The notes: generated by a model from the sequence alone, not told the origin. DNA of 64,000 bases from Vulcanimicrobiota bacterium (GCA_963812135.1 CAWETU010000001.1:1248001-1312000); one strand, 5' to 3'. Shown: positions 29,591 to 40,754, numbered from the stretch's first letter. Numbers and translations are program-made.

Positions 29591-32500
29591 CTATGGCTTG
29601 CGCGGCGGGAGTTTCGGCGGCGCGAGATTCGGGCGCCGGTCGAATGTCGGCAGCTTCACCGGATTCTTTTTGAGCGCGTCGAGCACGAGTTCCAGCGCCT
29701 TGTCCATCTGCGGATCCTTGCCGTCACGGTAGTCGTGCGGCGCGACGTCGATGTCGTAGTCCGGATCCGTGCCGTGATTCTCGACCTTCCAGCCGACGTC
29801 AGTGAACCAGAAAGAGAACTCCGGCTGCGTCGTTACCGTGCCATCCACGAGCGGGTGCTGTGGCCAAATGCCGATGACGCCACCCCACGTGCGCTTGCCG
29901 ACCAGCGGGCCGAGTTTGTACAGCTTGAAGCAGTGGCTGAAGATGTCGCCGTCCGATCCCGCGAATTGGTTGGTCAAACCGACCAAGGGTCCGGCGACCG
30001 ATTCGTCAGGATAGGGCCGGGGCAGCCCGTGGCGCGGCACATCGTAGCCGACGCGCTTACGCGAAAGCTTCTCGAGCAGCAAGGCAGAGACGTGGCCACC
30101 GCGGTTGTAGCGCGCGTCGACCACCAACGCTTCGCGGTTGAACTCCGCCAGAAATCCGCGATGGAACTCGGCGAACCCAGCTGGTCCCATGTCGGGGATA
30201 TGCACGTACCCGACGCGTCCGCCCGTGTGCTCGTGCACGAGCCGCCTGTTGCTCTCGACCCAATCGCGATAGCGCAGCGAGCGCTCCTCGCGGAGCGTCT
30301 TGACGATGACACGCCGGCGCACGCCCTCGAGATCGAGCATCGTCAGCGCGACCTCGCGGCCGGCATAATTGACCAGCAATGCTTCGACCGACATGGCACG
30401 GCCCACCGCGTGGCCGCCCACGCCGACGATGATCTCGCCTTCACGGACCCGCAAGCCCGGTTCGGCGAGCGGAGAGTCGGTTTCGCGATTCCACGAATCG
30501 CCGCGCAAGATGCGAACGATCTTGTAGCCGCCGCTGCGTTCGTCAAACACGAGGTCCGCGCCGAGCAAGCCGACTTTGTAGACCGGCGGCCGGCGGTAGT
30601 CGCCGAAATATTCGTACGCATGCGACGTGCCCAGTTCGCCCTGCATCTCCCAAAACAGGTCCGAGAGCTCGCCTCGCGTGCGCACGCGCGGCAGCAGCTT
30701 CGCATAGCGGTCGCGTACAACGCTCCAATCGACCTGCGACATCGCCTCATCCCAGAAATGCTCACGCTGCAAGCGCCACGCCTCGTGATACATCTGCTCC
30801 CATTCGTCGCGCGGTTCGACGAGCACGGACACGCGACCGATGTCGACCCAACCCGATCGGCGGTTGGGCTCCTCGGGGACGGGCGGTCGCGCGTCGCCTT
30901 CGCCCAGTGGTTCAAGCGCATCGATGGCCCGCAGCCGGAAGCCCGAACGGTACACAAGGGTGTGGTGATCCGCGGCCAAGCGGATCTCGCCGACCTGGGC
31001 AGCGATGGTGCCGCTGCGCTGCTCGGTGAAATCGTAGGTCAGCAGCGTGCCGTCGTCGTGCGAATCTTCCTTTAGAAAGGAGTGCCCGAGGCTGCCGCGG
31101 ACAGGGAATTGCGTGAACAGGGCGCGCCCAGGCGCGCCGACGATCTGCTCGTAGCGCCCTTCATCGACAGGGAAGCCGATGATGCGCCCGTTGATCCCCT
31201 CGAAGTCGATGTCGATGTTGGGCGGCGGTTTCGGCGATTCGCTCGGTGCGGCATGGATCTGGTCTACCTGGCTGGCTTCTCGAGCTTCGTCGCATTCTGC
31301 GCGCGCGCCGCGACCGAAGGCCCACGGTCGGATTCACGCCGATGCTCAGGGGCGCGCGATTGCATATCCTTACGAGATTGCGAGTCCTCGTTCCGGGATT
31401 GCATCTCGTCCTCGTGCGGTGCCGGCGTCTTGGGCGCGCCGTTGAAGGCGCGCGCCTTGGGCACGAACGGCGACGCGACGTCGGCGCGCAGCGTCACCAA
31501 GAACGGTCGCATGGCGAATGGGAAGCTCAGGTCGAATTGCAGCGCATCGTAGACCGGGATTGAAGTCGCGCGTCGAGAGGAAATAGAGATACTTGCCGTC
31601 GGGATCCCATGCCGGCGCTCGATCGATGCGCAGCGGCGCGGTGACGTCGCGCGCCGTGCCCTCGCCGACGTCGACCACGCGGATCGTCGATTGATCGCTT
31701 TGCGCCGAATACGCGTACGCGACCCAGCGCCCGTCGGGCGACCACGCGAGATCGCGGACGCGCAATCCAGGGCTGCGATCGACGATGCGGGCCTTTCCCG
31801 TGGCCAGGTCGACGATGACCAGCTCGTGCCGATGGTTGGCGAGCGCGACCACATCTGCGACCGGCGAGACGACCAGCTCAGAGATGCGTCCGAGGTCGCC
31901 CTCGCTGGCAGTCGTCGATTGCTGGCTGTCATCCGCCCAATAGATCTCGAGATGCTCGGTGCCGCCTTCATCCGTCACGGCGACGAAGCGCAAGCCGTCG
32001 CGCAGCCATTCCGCATGCCGGTAGCGCACGCGGCTGCCGACGCCGTGGTGCATGACCGCCTCTTCCCACAGCGGCATGGTGAAAGGCTGGCCGCGCGCGA
32101 TCAGCGCGAGCGCGCGCCCGTCGGGGTGCGGGGCGAAGTGTTCGAGCGTCGGCGCTGCGTCGACGAATCGCCGCGCGGTTTGCGTCGTGGTCGATGGCGC
32201 GGTGACGTCGAGCCGCGCCGTCGTATCCGCCTTCGCATCATAAAGGAAGAGATCCGCACCGGCTCCGTAGACGATGCGCTTGCCGTCGGTGGACGGATAG
32301 CGGACGTAGTATTCGTCGTGGTCGGTATGGCGACGGAGCTCCGAACCGTCGACGGCGCACGAGTAAAGATTGCCGATCCCCTCGTGATCGGAGAGGAAAT
32401 ACACGCGCTCGCCGACCCACATCGGGTTGACGGCGTTGCCGTCGACCGAGAGAAGCTTGGAGAACCGACCCTTGCCTATGGGGTCTGCCCACAGCTCACC

Positions 32501-33001
32501 GGCGGTCCCGCCGCGATACCGTTTCCATCGAGCAGGGTCGTTGTTGTTGCGTCCGATGAGCGTGGCGCCGTCGCGCGCGATGTCGATCGACAGCATGTGA
32601 CCGAGTTCGAGCGAACGGGGCGCGCCGCCGTTGCGGCTGACGGCGAAACCCTCGGTGTGGCGGAGAAACGGCGATCGTCCGTCCGTGACGAATAAGATCT
32701 CATCACCGTTTGGATGCCAACCGGCGACGTGACATGTCTCAGAACCGAGATACGTCAGTCGCGTGGCGTCGCCGCCGTCGGCGGACATGACGTAGACTTC
32801 AGGATGCCCTTCTTCGCGCCCCACGAACGCGATGAAGCGGCCGTCCGGCGAGAATCTCGGCGACGAGCACTCGCCGACGCCCGCGGTCAGGCGTCGAGCG
32901 ACGCCCCCGCTAGCCGCAACCGACCACAGATCGTCCTCGCACACGAAGACGATGGTGTCGCCGGCGATCGTCGGCTGACGATAATAGCCCACGTTGCTCA
33001 T
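29591..33001 (-). CDS. Tricorn protease-like S41 peptidase with two compensating frameshifts (~31557 and ~31270-31330)
   Basis: PD40/beta-propeller N-terminus (FVCEDDLW, WKRYRGG), PDZ, catalytic region GYVHIPDM, AGSDGD, GKRTWGGVIG; split over ORFs 31370..33001, 31264..31971, 29591..30979. Confidence 0.88.
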
Positions 33002-33052
33002 AAGAGGCGAGAATTGGCGTGTGCGGGGAGCCGAGCCTTTTCCCGGCGGCGA

Positions 33053-34066
33053 TTATGAGGGCTGGCTGGGCCGCGGCGCGGGCAACACGGGCGCCGCATC
33101 CTGGGTGCCGGATGTCGGGCGGTTACCCGCAAGCATGTCTTGCCAGGCTTTGCTCGCCGCGGGGGCCACAGACTGCAGCGAGTGGGTCGCATCGGGCTGC
33201 TCGTAGTACGTGACGAGCGCACCGTGCGTGCGTAGCCACGCCGCGAGTTGGCGGACGTAGGTCGCGGCGACGCTCTGATCATTCGCGCCTGCGACCAAGT
33301 AGATCGATTTGCCGCGCACGCGACCTGCGACCGCCTCGCTATCGGTCTCGGCTACAGCCCCTTCGATCACCAGCGTTGCCGTCCAGCGGTCGGGCGATTT
33401 CGCAAGTGCCTTGAACGCAGCGAAGCCGCCAAGCGAATCGCCTGCGAGATAGACGCGCCGGCGATCGATGCGCATCGAGTTTTCGACCTGATCGAGCGCC
33501 TGATACAGATCGGCGATGTTCGCGTCGGAGAGCATGTCATCGCCGCCAGCATACGGCGCGACGACGATGCTGCCGGTCGTGTCTGCCAGCGAGCGTACGA
33601 GTGGAGAGGCGATGACGTCCGCCTCGTTTTGGCCTTTCCCGTGAAGGAAGAAGATGAGCGGCGCAGATTTCGCCGCGGCCGCCGGCGACACGTAGACCGC
33701 CATGACGTAGGGTCGCTTTTGCGGACCGATGGCCGGCAGCAGCGCCGGCGAAGCGCCGCGGATTGCGCCCAAGGTCACGTACGTCTGGTTCGCGAGCTGA
33801 TCGATGAGCGCGGCATCGAGTTCGGCCAGGCGCAGAATCGCTTCTGGATCGCCGCCCGCATTGAGCTGCGCGCGAGCGGCTTGCAAGCGCGTCTTGAGCA
33901 GCGCGCTCATCTGCCAGCGCCCGTCGATCGCGGCCGCGTTCGCGTCGAGCTGATGTTGCGCATCGTCCAAGACGACGCGCGCTTGCTCGATCTGCTCGTT
34001 CGGCGTCGCCGCCGATGCGATGCCGGCCGTGAGCGCGAGCGCGGTGATCAGGCTGAAAAATCTCAT
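33053..34066 (-). CDS. Secreted esterase/alpha-beta hydrolase
   Basis: Signal peptide from ATG 34066; FLHGKG, GDSLGG, AGAND, THS motifs. Confidence 0.78.
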   Translation of the reverse strand: MRFFSLITALALTAGIASAATPNEQIEQARVVLDDAQHQLDANAAAIDGRWQMSALLKTRLQAARAQLNAGGDPEAILRLAELDAALIDQLANQTYVTLGAIRGASPALLPAIGPQKRPYVMAVYVSPAAAAKSAPLIFFLHGKGQNEADVIASPLVRSLADTTGSIVVAPYAGGDDMLSDANIADLYQALDQVENSMRIDRRRVYLAGDSLGGFAAFKALAKSPDRWTATLVIEGAVAETDSEAVAGRVRGKSIYLVAGANDQSVAATYVRQLAAWLRTHGALVTYYEQPDATHSLQSVAPAASKAWQDMLAGNRPTSGTQDAAPVLPAPRPSQPS

Positions 34067-34129
34067 CAGCGCGCGTTGTTTTCGCACGCTCTCGCGGGAT
34101 TCATTTTCACGAATTTCGAATGTAGCCGT

Positions 34130-34690
34130 ATGAAAGTTCTGGCTCACGCAGCCGCGGGGGCGACCACGCTCGCACTCATGTGCGCCCTGGGGTCGAGCGC
34201 CTTGGCGAGCATGCCGGCGGACGGTGCTCGCGCGCCGGCGATCCCCGTGCTGCAGTCCGTGTTCGACGGCAATTACGAATCATTCGATCTTGCAAAGGCG
34301 TCGGCCGGCAGGACCGTGGTGCTCTACTTCTTCCCCAAAGCGTTCACCGAGGGCTGAACGATCGAGGCGAAAGCCTACGCCGCCAGGCTGGCGGACTTCC
34401 AGAAGCTGGGCGCGACGGTCGTCGGGATCTCCAACGATCCGCTCGATGTCTTGAAGAAGTTCCAGACCGAAGAAAAAGCGCCGCAGCGCTTCGTCTCTGA
34501 CCCAAAGAACGACGCCGTCAACGCGTTCGATGTCTCGCTCACCGATCAGAACGAGGTCTATGCCAAACGCGCGACGTTCGTCATCCGCGACGGGACTGTG
34601 CTCCACACGGTATTCGATTGGAGCCCGCTGGGAAACGTCAGCAAGACGCTCGAGTGGCTGACGGCGCATCCACAAAAAGATGCACAGTGA
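34130..34690 (+). CDS. BCP/PrxQ-type peroxiredoxin with signal peptide, probable selenoprotein
   Basis: VVLYFFPKAFTEG-TGA(34355-34357)-TIEAKAY...VVGISND...AKRATFVI; the TGA sits at the peroxidatic Cys of PxxxTxxC and the downstream ORF 34451..34690 is in frame. Confidence 0.88.
34358..34400 (+). promoter_or_regulatory. Candidate bacterial SECIS hairpin
   Basis: CCGCCA-GGC-TGGCGG stem-loop with a G-initiated loop about 29 nt after the UGA. Confidence 0.5.
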
Positions 34691-35211
34691 TAGATAGAGG
34701 CGCTGCGCTCGCGCGCGCAGTCTCTCTGTTCGCTCTGGTGTGCCTCGCGGCGCTTGCCCCTGCCGGCGCGGCGTCGAAGCCGCCGCTTGCAGGTACGCAG
34801 GCGCCTGCCATCGCGCTCCCGATCATCGTCAATGGAAGCGGCAGCTTCGTGCTCGCGCAGCAGCGCGGCCACGGCGTCTATCTGAATTTCTTCTCGTCGT
34901 GGTGCAAGCCGTGCGCGCAAGAGGTCACGACGATCGAAGCCGTCACACGCGAGCTTCCCACCGACGGCCCGCGAGTCGTCGGCATCGCCGTGCTGGATTC
35001 GCAGGCGAGCGCGCTAGCATTTGTCCAAAGTCATGGGGTTCGTTATCCAATCGTCTTCGATCGATCGGGCGACGTCGGAGCTGCGTATCGGCTCACCAAA
35101 CTACCGCTGCACGTGTTCATCGGGCCGGATGGGGTGATCAAGCAGTACGTGGAAGGCGGACCGATCTCGGCGGCGGAGTTGCGCGCGGGGCTGTCGCAGA
35201 TCGCCCACTAG
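34687..35211 (+). CDS. TlpA-family disulfide reductase (exported thioredoxin-like)
   Basis: LNFFSSWCKPC motif, LPLHVFIGPDG; GTG overlaps the upstream TGA (GTGA). Confidence 0.88.
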   Translation: MIDRGAALARAVSLFALVCLAALAPAGAASKPPLAGTQAPAIALPIIVNGSGSFVLAQQRGHGVYLNFFSSWCKPCAQEVTTIEAVTRELPTDGPRVVGIAVLDSQASALAFVQSHGVRYPIVFDRSGDVGAAYRLTKLPLHVFIGPDGVIKQYVEGGPISAAELRAGLSQIAH

Positions 35212-35242
35212 GATTTTTCCGGCGTTCGCGAAACCGCCCGGC

Positions 35243-36076
35243 ATGTACGATCTGTTCGCACACGCTCCCGGTTGGTTTGTGCTCGCGATCTTCATGCTGG
35301 TGCCGGCGTTGACCGCCGTCGCGCTTCACACGATCTTCCGACGGATCGTCCCCGCGAGCGTCCTCATCCCGCATCATGACGTCGCCGGTTTTCTGGTGGC
35401 GATCGTCGGCGTGCTGTATGCGGTGATGCTCGGGTTTCTCGTCATCACCGTCTGGAATTCGTTCGACCAAGCACAGCGCAATGCAGACGCTGAGACGACC
35501 GCAATCGCGGATGTTCTGTACTTGACTCGGGCGCTGCCGGACCCCGAGCGTTCGCGCGAACGCGAGCTGCTCGGCGCCTACGCGCACGAGGTGCGCGACG
35601 TCGAATGGCCGATGCTGGCGGACGGACAGGAGGACCTTCGGGCGCGCAGGCTCTTAGCCGCGGCGCTGAACGTGATCGCGGCGAGCGAGATCCCGCCCAG
35701 CACCCGACAAACGGAGATGCTGCGGCAATCGTCGTTACGCGATGCGGCGCTCGGCAGCTTCCGCGATGTCACCGCGGAGCGCCGTCTTCGCATCCTCGAC
35801 GCGCAGAGCCAGGTCCAGCCGACGATGTACGTCGCACTGATCGCGGGCGGGCTTATCCTGCTCGCGTTCGTCTTTCTTTTCGGAGTGGACAACTGGATGC
35901 TTCAGTCGGTGATGACGGCGCTCGTGGCTGCGATGATCGGTTTGCAGATCGGCGTCATCTTCGAGATGGATCGCCCGTTTTGGGGTGCGATCCACGTGAC
36001 TTCAGACGCGTGGTCGCTGCTGATCCAAGACAATCATCTGGTGAGGTTTCAGGACACCGGATCGGCACCGCCCTAG
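35243..36076 (+). CDS. Membrane protein (DUF4239-like)
   Basis: GVLYAVMLGFLVITVW, RRLR, MDRPFWG motifs; four TM helices. Confidence 0.7.
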   Translation: MYDLFAHAPGWFVLAIFMLVPALTAVALHTIFRRIVPASVLIPHHDVAGFLVAIVGVLYAVMLGFLVITVWNSFDQAQRNADAETTAIADVLYLTRALPDPERSRERELLGAYAHEVRDVEWPMLADGQEDLRARRLLAAALNVIAASEIPPSTRQTEMLRQSSLRDAALGSFRDVTAERRLRILDAQSQVQPTMYVALIAGGLILLAFVFLFGVDNWMLQSVMTALVAAMIGLQIGVIFEMDRPFWGAIHVTSDAWSLLIQDNHLVRFQDTGSAPP

Positions 36077-36273
36077 TCGAGATCTTTTTGGTGATCGATG
36101 TTCCATTCTTTGGTGGTCGGCAGCCGCTGCAGATCGTCTTCGGTGAAATGCCGCTCGACAAGCTCGTCTTTGTGGTGGAAGCGGACGACGATCGAGCGCG
36201 TGCGCACCTCGATGACCTCGCCTTCGACGCCGAGGTTGCGTATGAGGACCTTGTCGCCGTGCCGAAATTTCAT
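36073..36273 (-). CDS. Small hypothetical protein (KOW/SH3-like)
   Basis: MKFRHGDKVLI...GEVIEV pattern; fits between neighbours. Confidence 0.6.
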   Translation of the reverse strand: MKFRHGDKVLIRNLGVEGEVIEVRTRSIVVRFHHKDELVERHFTEDDLQRLPTTKEWNIDHQKDLD

Positions 36274-36366
36274 ACTGCCATCACCCCTACTCGAGCCAAT
36301 GCCTTGGATACCGGTTTGGGGCTTTCCGCTCTTGGAAAAACACTAGCCAAAGGAGAATAAGGCCGG

Positions 36367-37263
36367 ATGAAATACCGCGCACTCGGCCAGACCGGCGAGC
36401 GGGTCTCGATTGTCGGCGTCGGAGGCTTCCATTTGAGCAAGCCTGCGGATCCACAGATCGCGATCCGCATCGTGCGCACGGCGCTGGATAACGGCATCAA
36501 CTTTCTCGACAACAGCTGGGACTATGGCGAAGGCGAAAGCGAACGCCGGATGGGTATGGCGCTGCGCGACGGCTATCGCGAGAAAGCGTTCCTGATGACC
36601 AAGATCGATGGCCGCACCGCCGAAAGCGCGGCCACGCAGCTCGAAGAGTCGCTGGAGCGCCTTCAGACCGACCACGTAGACCTCTTGCAATTTCACGAAG
36701 TGATCCGCATGGAGGATCCCGATCGCATCTTCGCGCCCGGCGGGGCGCTGGAAGCCGTGCTCCGAGCGCGGGATCAAGGAAAGGTGCGCTACATAGGCTT
36801 CACCGGTCACAAGAGTCCCGAGATCCACAAGCACATGCTCGAGCGCGCAGAACAGCATAACTTCCGCTTCGCCACATTGCAGATGCCGCTCAACGTCATG
36901 GATGCGCACTACCACAGCTTCGAGCACATCGTGCTACCCATAGCGACGCAGAAGCAGATGGGCGTTCTCGGCATGAAGCCGATGGGCGATCCGTTTATCC
37001 TGGACAGCCACGCCGTCAGCGCGCCCGAGTGCCTGCGCTATGCGATGAGCCTGCCGGTGAGCGTGACGATCACGGGGATCGATTCTATGGAGATCCTACA
37101 ACAGGCGCTCGACGTGGCCGATCATTTCGAACCGTTGACGGCGCAAGAACGAACGGCGCTGCTCGCAAAGACGGCAGTGGCTGCCGCGAATGGCCAATTC
37201 GAGCGCTACAAAGCGACCCAGCACTTCGACAGCACCGCGCTGCATCCCGAATGGCTCGGTTGA
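36367..37263 (+). CDS. Aldo/keto reductase
   Basis: MKYRALGQTG, GINFLDNSWDY, SLERLQTDHVDL, GKVRYIGFTGH. Confidence 0.92.
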   Translation: MKYRALGQTGERVSIVGVGGFHLSKPADPQIAIRIVRTALDNGINFLDNSWDYGEGESERRMGMALRDGYREKAFLMTKIDGRTAESAATQLEESLERLQTDHVDLLQFHEVIRMEDPDRIFAPGGALEAVLRARDQGKVRYIGFTGHKSPEIHKHMLERAEQHNFRFATLQMPLNVMDAHYHSFEHIVLPIATQKQMGVLGMKPMGDPFILDSHAVSAPECLRYAMSLPVSVTITGIDSMEILQQALDVADHFEPLTAQERTALLAKTAVAAANGQFERYKATQHFDSTALHPEWLG

Positions 37264-37361
37264 CGCGACGGCCTCTCACCACACTTTCGGCTGGGTTTAC
37301 GAAACAGACGTCTTAGTCTATGATCACCATCTGATCTCGACTCTCCGGAAGGATAGGATCC

Positions 37362-39347
37362 GTGACGATCAATCAAATGGATCTGGCTTCACCGGTTTCA
37401 CCGGTTGAGACGCGCGAAGAGCTCCTTTACCTGCTCACCAGAGCGTCGGAATTGGAGCACAATCTCGCCTGCGTCTATTTGTACGCCGGCTACTCGCTGA
37501 AGAATCATGTCGATGAGGGCGGTGTGACGCCGGAAGAGCTGGAGATCGTGCGCACGTGGAAGCGCAATCTCGCCGGCGTCGCCGTCGAGGAGATGCTTCA
37601 TCTCGCGCAAGTCTCAAATATCCTGACGGCGGTCGGGGGCGCTCCGCATTTCGCCCGCTCGAACTTCCCGATGCCTGCCTCGACCTATCCCTTCGGCATC
37701 GCGCTGACGCTTGAGCCGTTCTCAAAGGCGTTGATCGAGCGGTTCGTATGCTACGAGCTGCCGGAAAAGGGCGTCCTACCGGAGGATCGCGCAGCCTTCT
37801 ATGACGAGATCCGGGGCCGCGTGGCGGTTGACTTCGACCGAGTCGAGGCGATTCGCGCGCAAAACGCGCTCGAGCCATTCGACATCGACTTCCGCACCGT
37901 CGGCGAATTCTATCATAAGATCGAGAGCGCGTTCCGCTGCATTCCGCAGGAACGCCTTTTCATCGGGCCCCCGGAAGCGCAAGCGAATCCCAAGTATCTC
38001 GACCTGCCGGGTGAGCTGGTCGAGGTGACGGACGCAGCTTCGGCGGCTCGCGCCATCGAGATGATCATCGAACAGGGAGAGTCACCGACCAGCGAACACC
38101 CCGACGCGCACTTCGTGGTCTTCGACTCGATTCGCAAAGAATACGAAGACCTGTGCGCGCGCGCCAAAGCGGCCGGCAGAGTTTTCGATCCGGTGCGTCC
38201 CCTGATCAGCAACCCGACGACTCGCGGCTACGCCGACGCTCCCGGTTCGAACCGCATCACGGATGCGACCGCGCAAGAGCTTGCGGAGCTGTTCAACGGG
38301 ACATACGATTTGATGCTGATGATGCTCTTGCGGTTCTTCGCTCATGAAGGCGAGACTGAAGAGCAGTTCCGGTTACTCGCGCGCGGCACTTTGCGCATCA
38401 TGGCATCGGTGCTGCGCCCGCTCGGCGAGGCGCTCGCGAAGACACCCGCAGGACCGGAGTACCCCGGCAAAGCCGCCGGTCCCGGGTTTGGATTCAACCG
38501 CAGCATCCATCTGCTGTCGCATCGGCAGTCGGCGTGGATATTCTTCCTTGAACGGCTCTATGATCTGGCGGCGCGGTTGACGCAGCTGGCCGACGACGCG
38601 GCGATGCCGCCGGAGGTGCAGGAGGCGGCGGCCGCGCTCGAATCGGTGGCCGAGCACCTGACGCCATTCATCCCGCAGGACTTCGCGCAGACGATCCGCG
38701 GCAGCTGCACCGAACGCAACGCGCGTACAAGCGTTCGTCCGGAGTTGAACGGGCCGTTGATCGTCCGCAATCTGCGTAACCTCACCAATTCAAAGGGCGA
38801 GGTCTTGCGAACCCGTCCGATCGTCGCGCTCTGCCGCTGCGGAGGATCGAATCTCAAACCGTATTGCGACGGCACGCATGCGCGCAACGGCTTCGCGAGC
38901 GCGAAATCTCCCAACCGGACGAAGGATCGCTTGGACAGCTACGAGGGGGTTGGGATCACGGTGCGTGACAACCGCGGCACGTGCTGCCATTTCGGGAACT
39001 GCACGGACCATTTGCCGCAGGTGTTCCATGCGACCGGCGAGCCGTTCGTGACGGCGAAAGGCGCAGATGCAGATACCATCGAGGCCATCGTGCGCCAATG
39101 CCCGTCAGGCGCCCTCGGCTTTGTCCGCAACGGAACCGCCTATCAAGGCGAGCAGCGCGAGCCGGGGATCTACGTCGCGAACAACGCGAGCTATTATGTC
39201 CGCGGTGGGATTGAGTTGGAGGGTGAGCTGAAGAATGAGGGCGCCAACAGCGAACACTACGCGCTCTGTCGCTGTGGCCAATCGAAGAACAAGCCGTTCT
39301 GCGATGGGACCCATTGGTGGGTCAAGTTCAACGACCCCGATAACTAG
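37362..39347 (+). CDS. Ferritin-like (VioB/RebD-type) domain fused to CDGSH - divergent 4Fe-4S - CDGSH iron-sulfur module
   Basis: ELEH...YLYA, EEMLH, IIEQGE, HF motifs; two LCRCGxSxxKPxCDGTH motifs flanking CCHFGNC...CPSGAL. Confidence 0.85.
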   Translation: MTINQMDLASPVSPVETREELLYLLTRASELEHNLACVYLYAGYSLKNHVDEGGVTPEELEIVRTWKRNLAGVAVEEMLHLAQVSNILTAVGGAPHFARSNFPMPASTYPFGIALTLEPFSKALIERFVCYELPEKGVLPEDRAAFYDEIRGRVAVDFDRVEAIRAQNALEPFDIDFRTVGEFYHKIESAFRCIPQERLFIGPPEAQANPKYLDLPGELVEVTDAASAARAIEMIIEQGESPTSEHPDAHFVVFDSIRKEYEDLCARAKAAGRVFDPVRPLISNPTTRGYADAPGSNRITDATAQELAELFNGTYDLMLMMLLRFFAHEGETEEQFRLLARGTLRIMASVLRPLGEALAKTPAGPEYPGKAAGPGFGFNRSIHLLSHRQSAWIFFLERLYDLAARLTQLADDAAMPPEVQEAAAALESVAEHLTPFIPQDFAQTIRGSCTERNARTSVRPELNGPLIVRNLRNLTNSKGEVLRTRPIVALCRCGGSNLKPYCDGTHARNGFASAKSPNRTKDRLDSYEGVGITVRDNRGTCCHFGNCTDHLPQVFHATGEPFVTAKGADADTIEAIVRQCPSGALGFVRNGTAYQGEQREPGIYVANNASYYVRGGIELEGELKNEGANSEHYALCRCGQSKNKPFCDGTHWWVKFNDPDN

Positions 39348-39506
39348 GAATCCGGAAAAGACGGAAATAGCGCAATAACTTTGCGACTTTGGTTCGAAGG
39401 TCGTTCCGTCAGAGCCGCGAAAACGCCCGGCCACAAGCGCTGCCCTCGGTAGAGACTCGCTTTTGCTGCTTGGTCGGCATCATTGTATGCTGGGAGCGTA
39501 GTCGCC

Positions 39507-40754
39507 ATGCACGTTGCACGCTTCGCCGCGGCGGTTTTCGTCGTTGCGTTCCTCCTCTGGGGCGCCGGCGCAAACGCTGCCGATTTCGGCAGTCCGCCCT
39601 CCGGTCAGATCCCGATCCTCTACAACGATCAGCATGTCTACGCGAAGCCCGACGTGTTGCGCGCCGGCCGCGTGCTCGCTGCGTTGGTGAAGAACGGCGA
39701 GATCCTCGTGCCGTTGCGCAGTATGTTCGAGTCGATGGGCGCCACCGTCAGTTATGACGCCAAAGCCAAGAGCTTCACCATCCAACGCAGTGGCGCGAGC
39801 ATTCAGCTGGCGCTCGGCAGCAAATCGGCGATCATCAATGGCGAGACGCGCCCGCTCGACCAGGGCCCCATGATGTACCAAGGCGTTGCGCTGGTGCCGA
39901 TCCGGGTTATCTCGGAGACCATGGGCGCGTACGTCCAATGGGTGCAGGAGCGGCGCATCGCGGTGGTACGCTATCTTCCGCCCACGCCTGTCCCGACGGC
40001 GCCGCCGACTCTAGCGCCGACCGCACCGCCGACTCTAGCGCCGACGGCGCCTCCAACACCCACACCGACGAAAGCCCCGTATCAGTTCTTCGTCCAGGCC
40101 GGTTTCGCGGGCGGTAGAAACTTCAACGAGTTTGTGGACGGCGCATACTGCTTCCGGAACACGTATGTCGCGTCCGGCGCGTGGGTCCCCAAGAATTCGC
40201 CGTTCGCACTCAAGGTCGATTTCCGTCAGGATGCATACGTCACCGCCGATAACTTCGTCGACTCGGCCGGCGACCATTGGACGATCTTCAACACCGTCGA
40301 TGGGCTCGTCGACGCAGCGCCCGTGTTCTTAGGCAAGCAGACGACGCTGGACGGCCGGCTCGAGTACGAGATCTTCCAGCCGCACGTCTATGTGGGCGTC
40401 GGCTACTTGACGACGTCCACGAGCTACGGATATCCGCATCTCAACGGCGTGGGCTTCGGGGCGGAAAAGCTGCCCGACTTCACGTCGTCGCTCAGCTATT
40501 ACGGCTCGATGTACTACTACCCGAGCACGACCGGCAACTATACGATCCCCCAAGTGGCGAGCCCGAATTTCGGCGTGACGTACAAGCAGCAGTATTCGAT
40601 TCTCAAGTACGACGTAGGGCTTGCACTGTCCGAGAAACGCTTCCCCGTATACCTGTACGGCGGCTGGAGCGGCAATACGTATTACGCGAGGGCTAATGCG
40701 CCGATAGGTCAGTCGCACAACGGCCCCTACATCGGCCTCGGCGTTCGGTTCTAG
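39507..40754 (+). CDS. Copper-amine-oxidase-like N-terminal domain protein with C-terminal outer-membrane beta-barrel
   Basis: LVPLRSMFESMGATVSYD, VPIRVISETMGA, PPTLAPTA tandem linker, C-terminal YIGLGVRF. Confidence 0.82.
   Translation: MHVARFAAAVFVVAFLLWGAGANAADFGSPPSGQIPILYNDQHVYAKPDVLRAGRVLAALVKNGEILVPLRSMFESMGATVSYDAKAKSFTIQRSGASIQLALGSKSAIINGETRPLDQGPMMYQGVALVPIRVISETMGAYVQWVQERRIAVVRYLPPTPVPTAPPTLAPTAPPTLAPTAPPTPTPTKAPYQFFVQAGFAGGRNFNEFVDGAYCFRNTYVASGAWVPKNSPFALKVDFRQDAYVTADNFVDSAGDHWTIFNTVDGLVDAAPVFLGKQTTLDGRLEYEIFQPHVYVGVGYLTTSTSYGYPHLNGVGFGAEKLPDFTSSLSYYGSMYYYPSTTGNYTIPQVASPNFGVTYKQQYSILKYDVGLALSEKRFPVYLYGGWSGNTYYARANAPIGQSHNGPYIGLGVRF

Noticed and set aside
39995..40065. 24-bp tandem repeat as a regulatory or mobile repeat
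   Set aside because: Encodes a PPTLAPTA Pro/Thr linker inside a CDS
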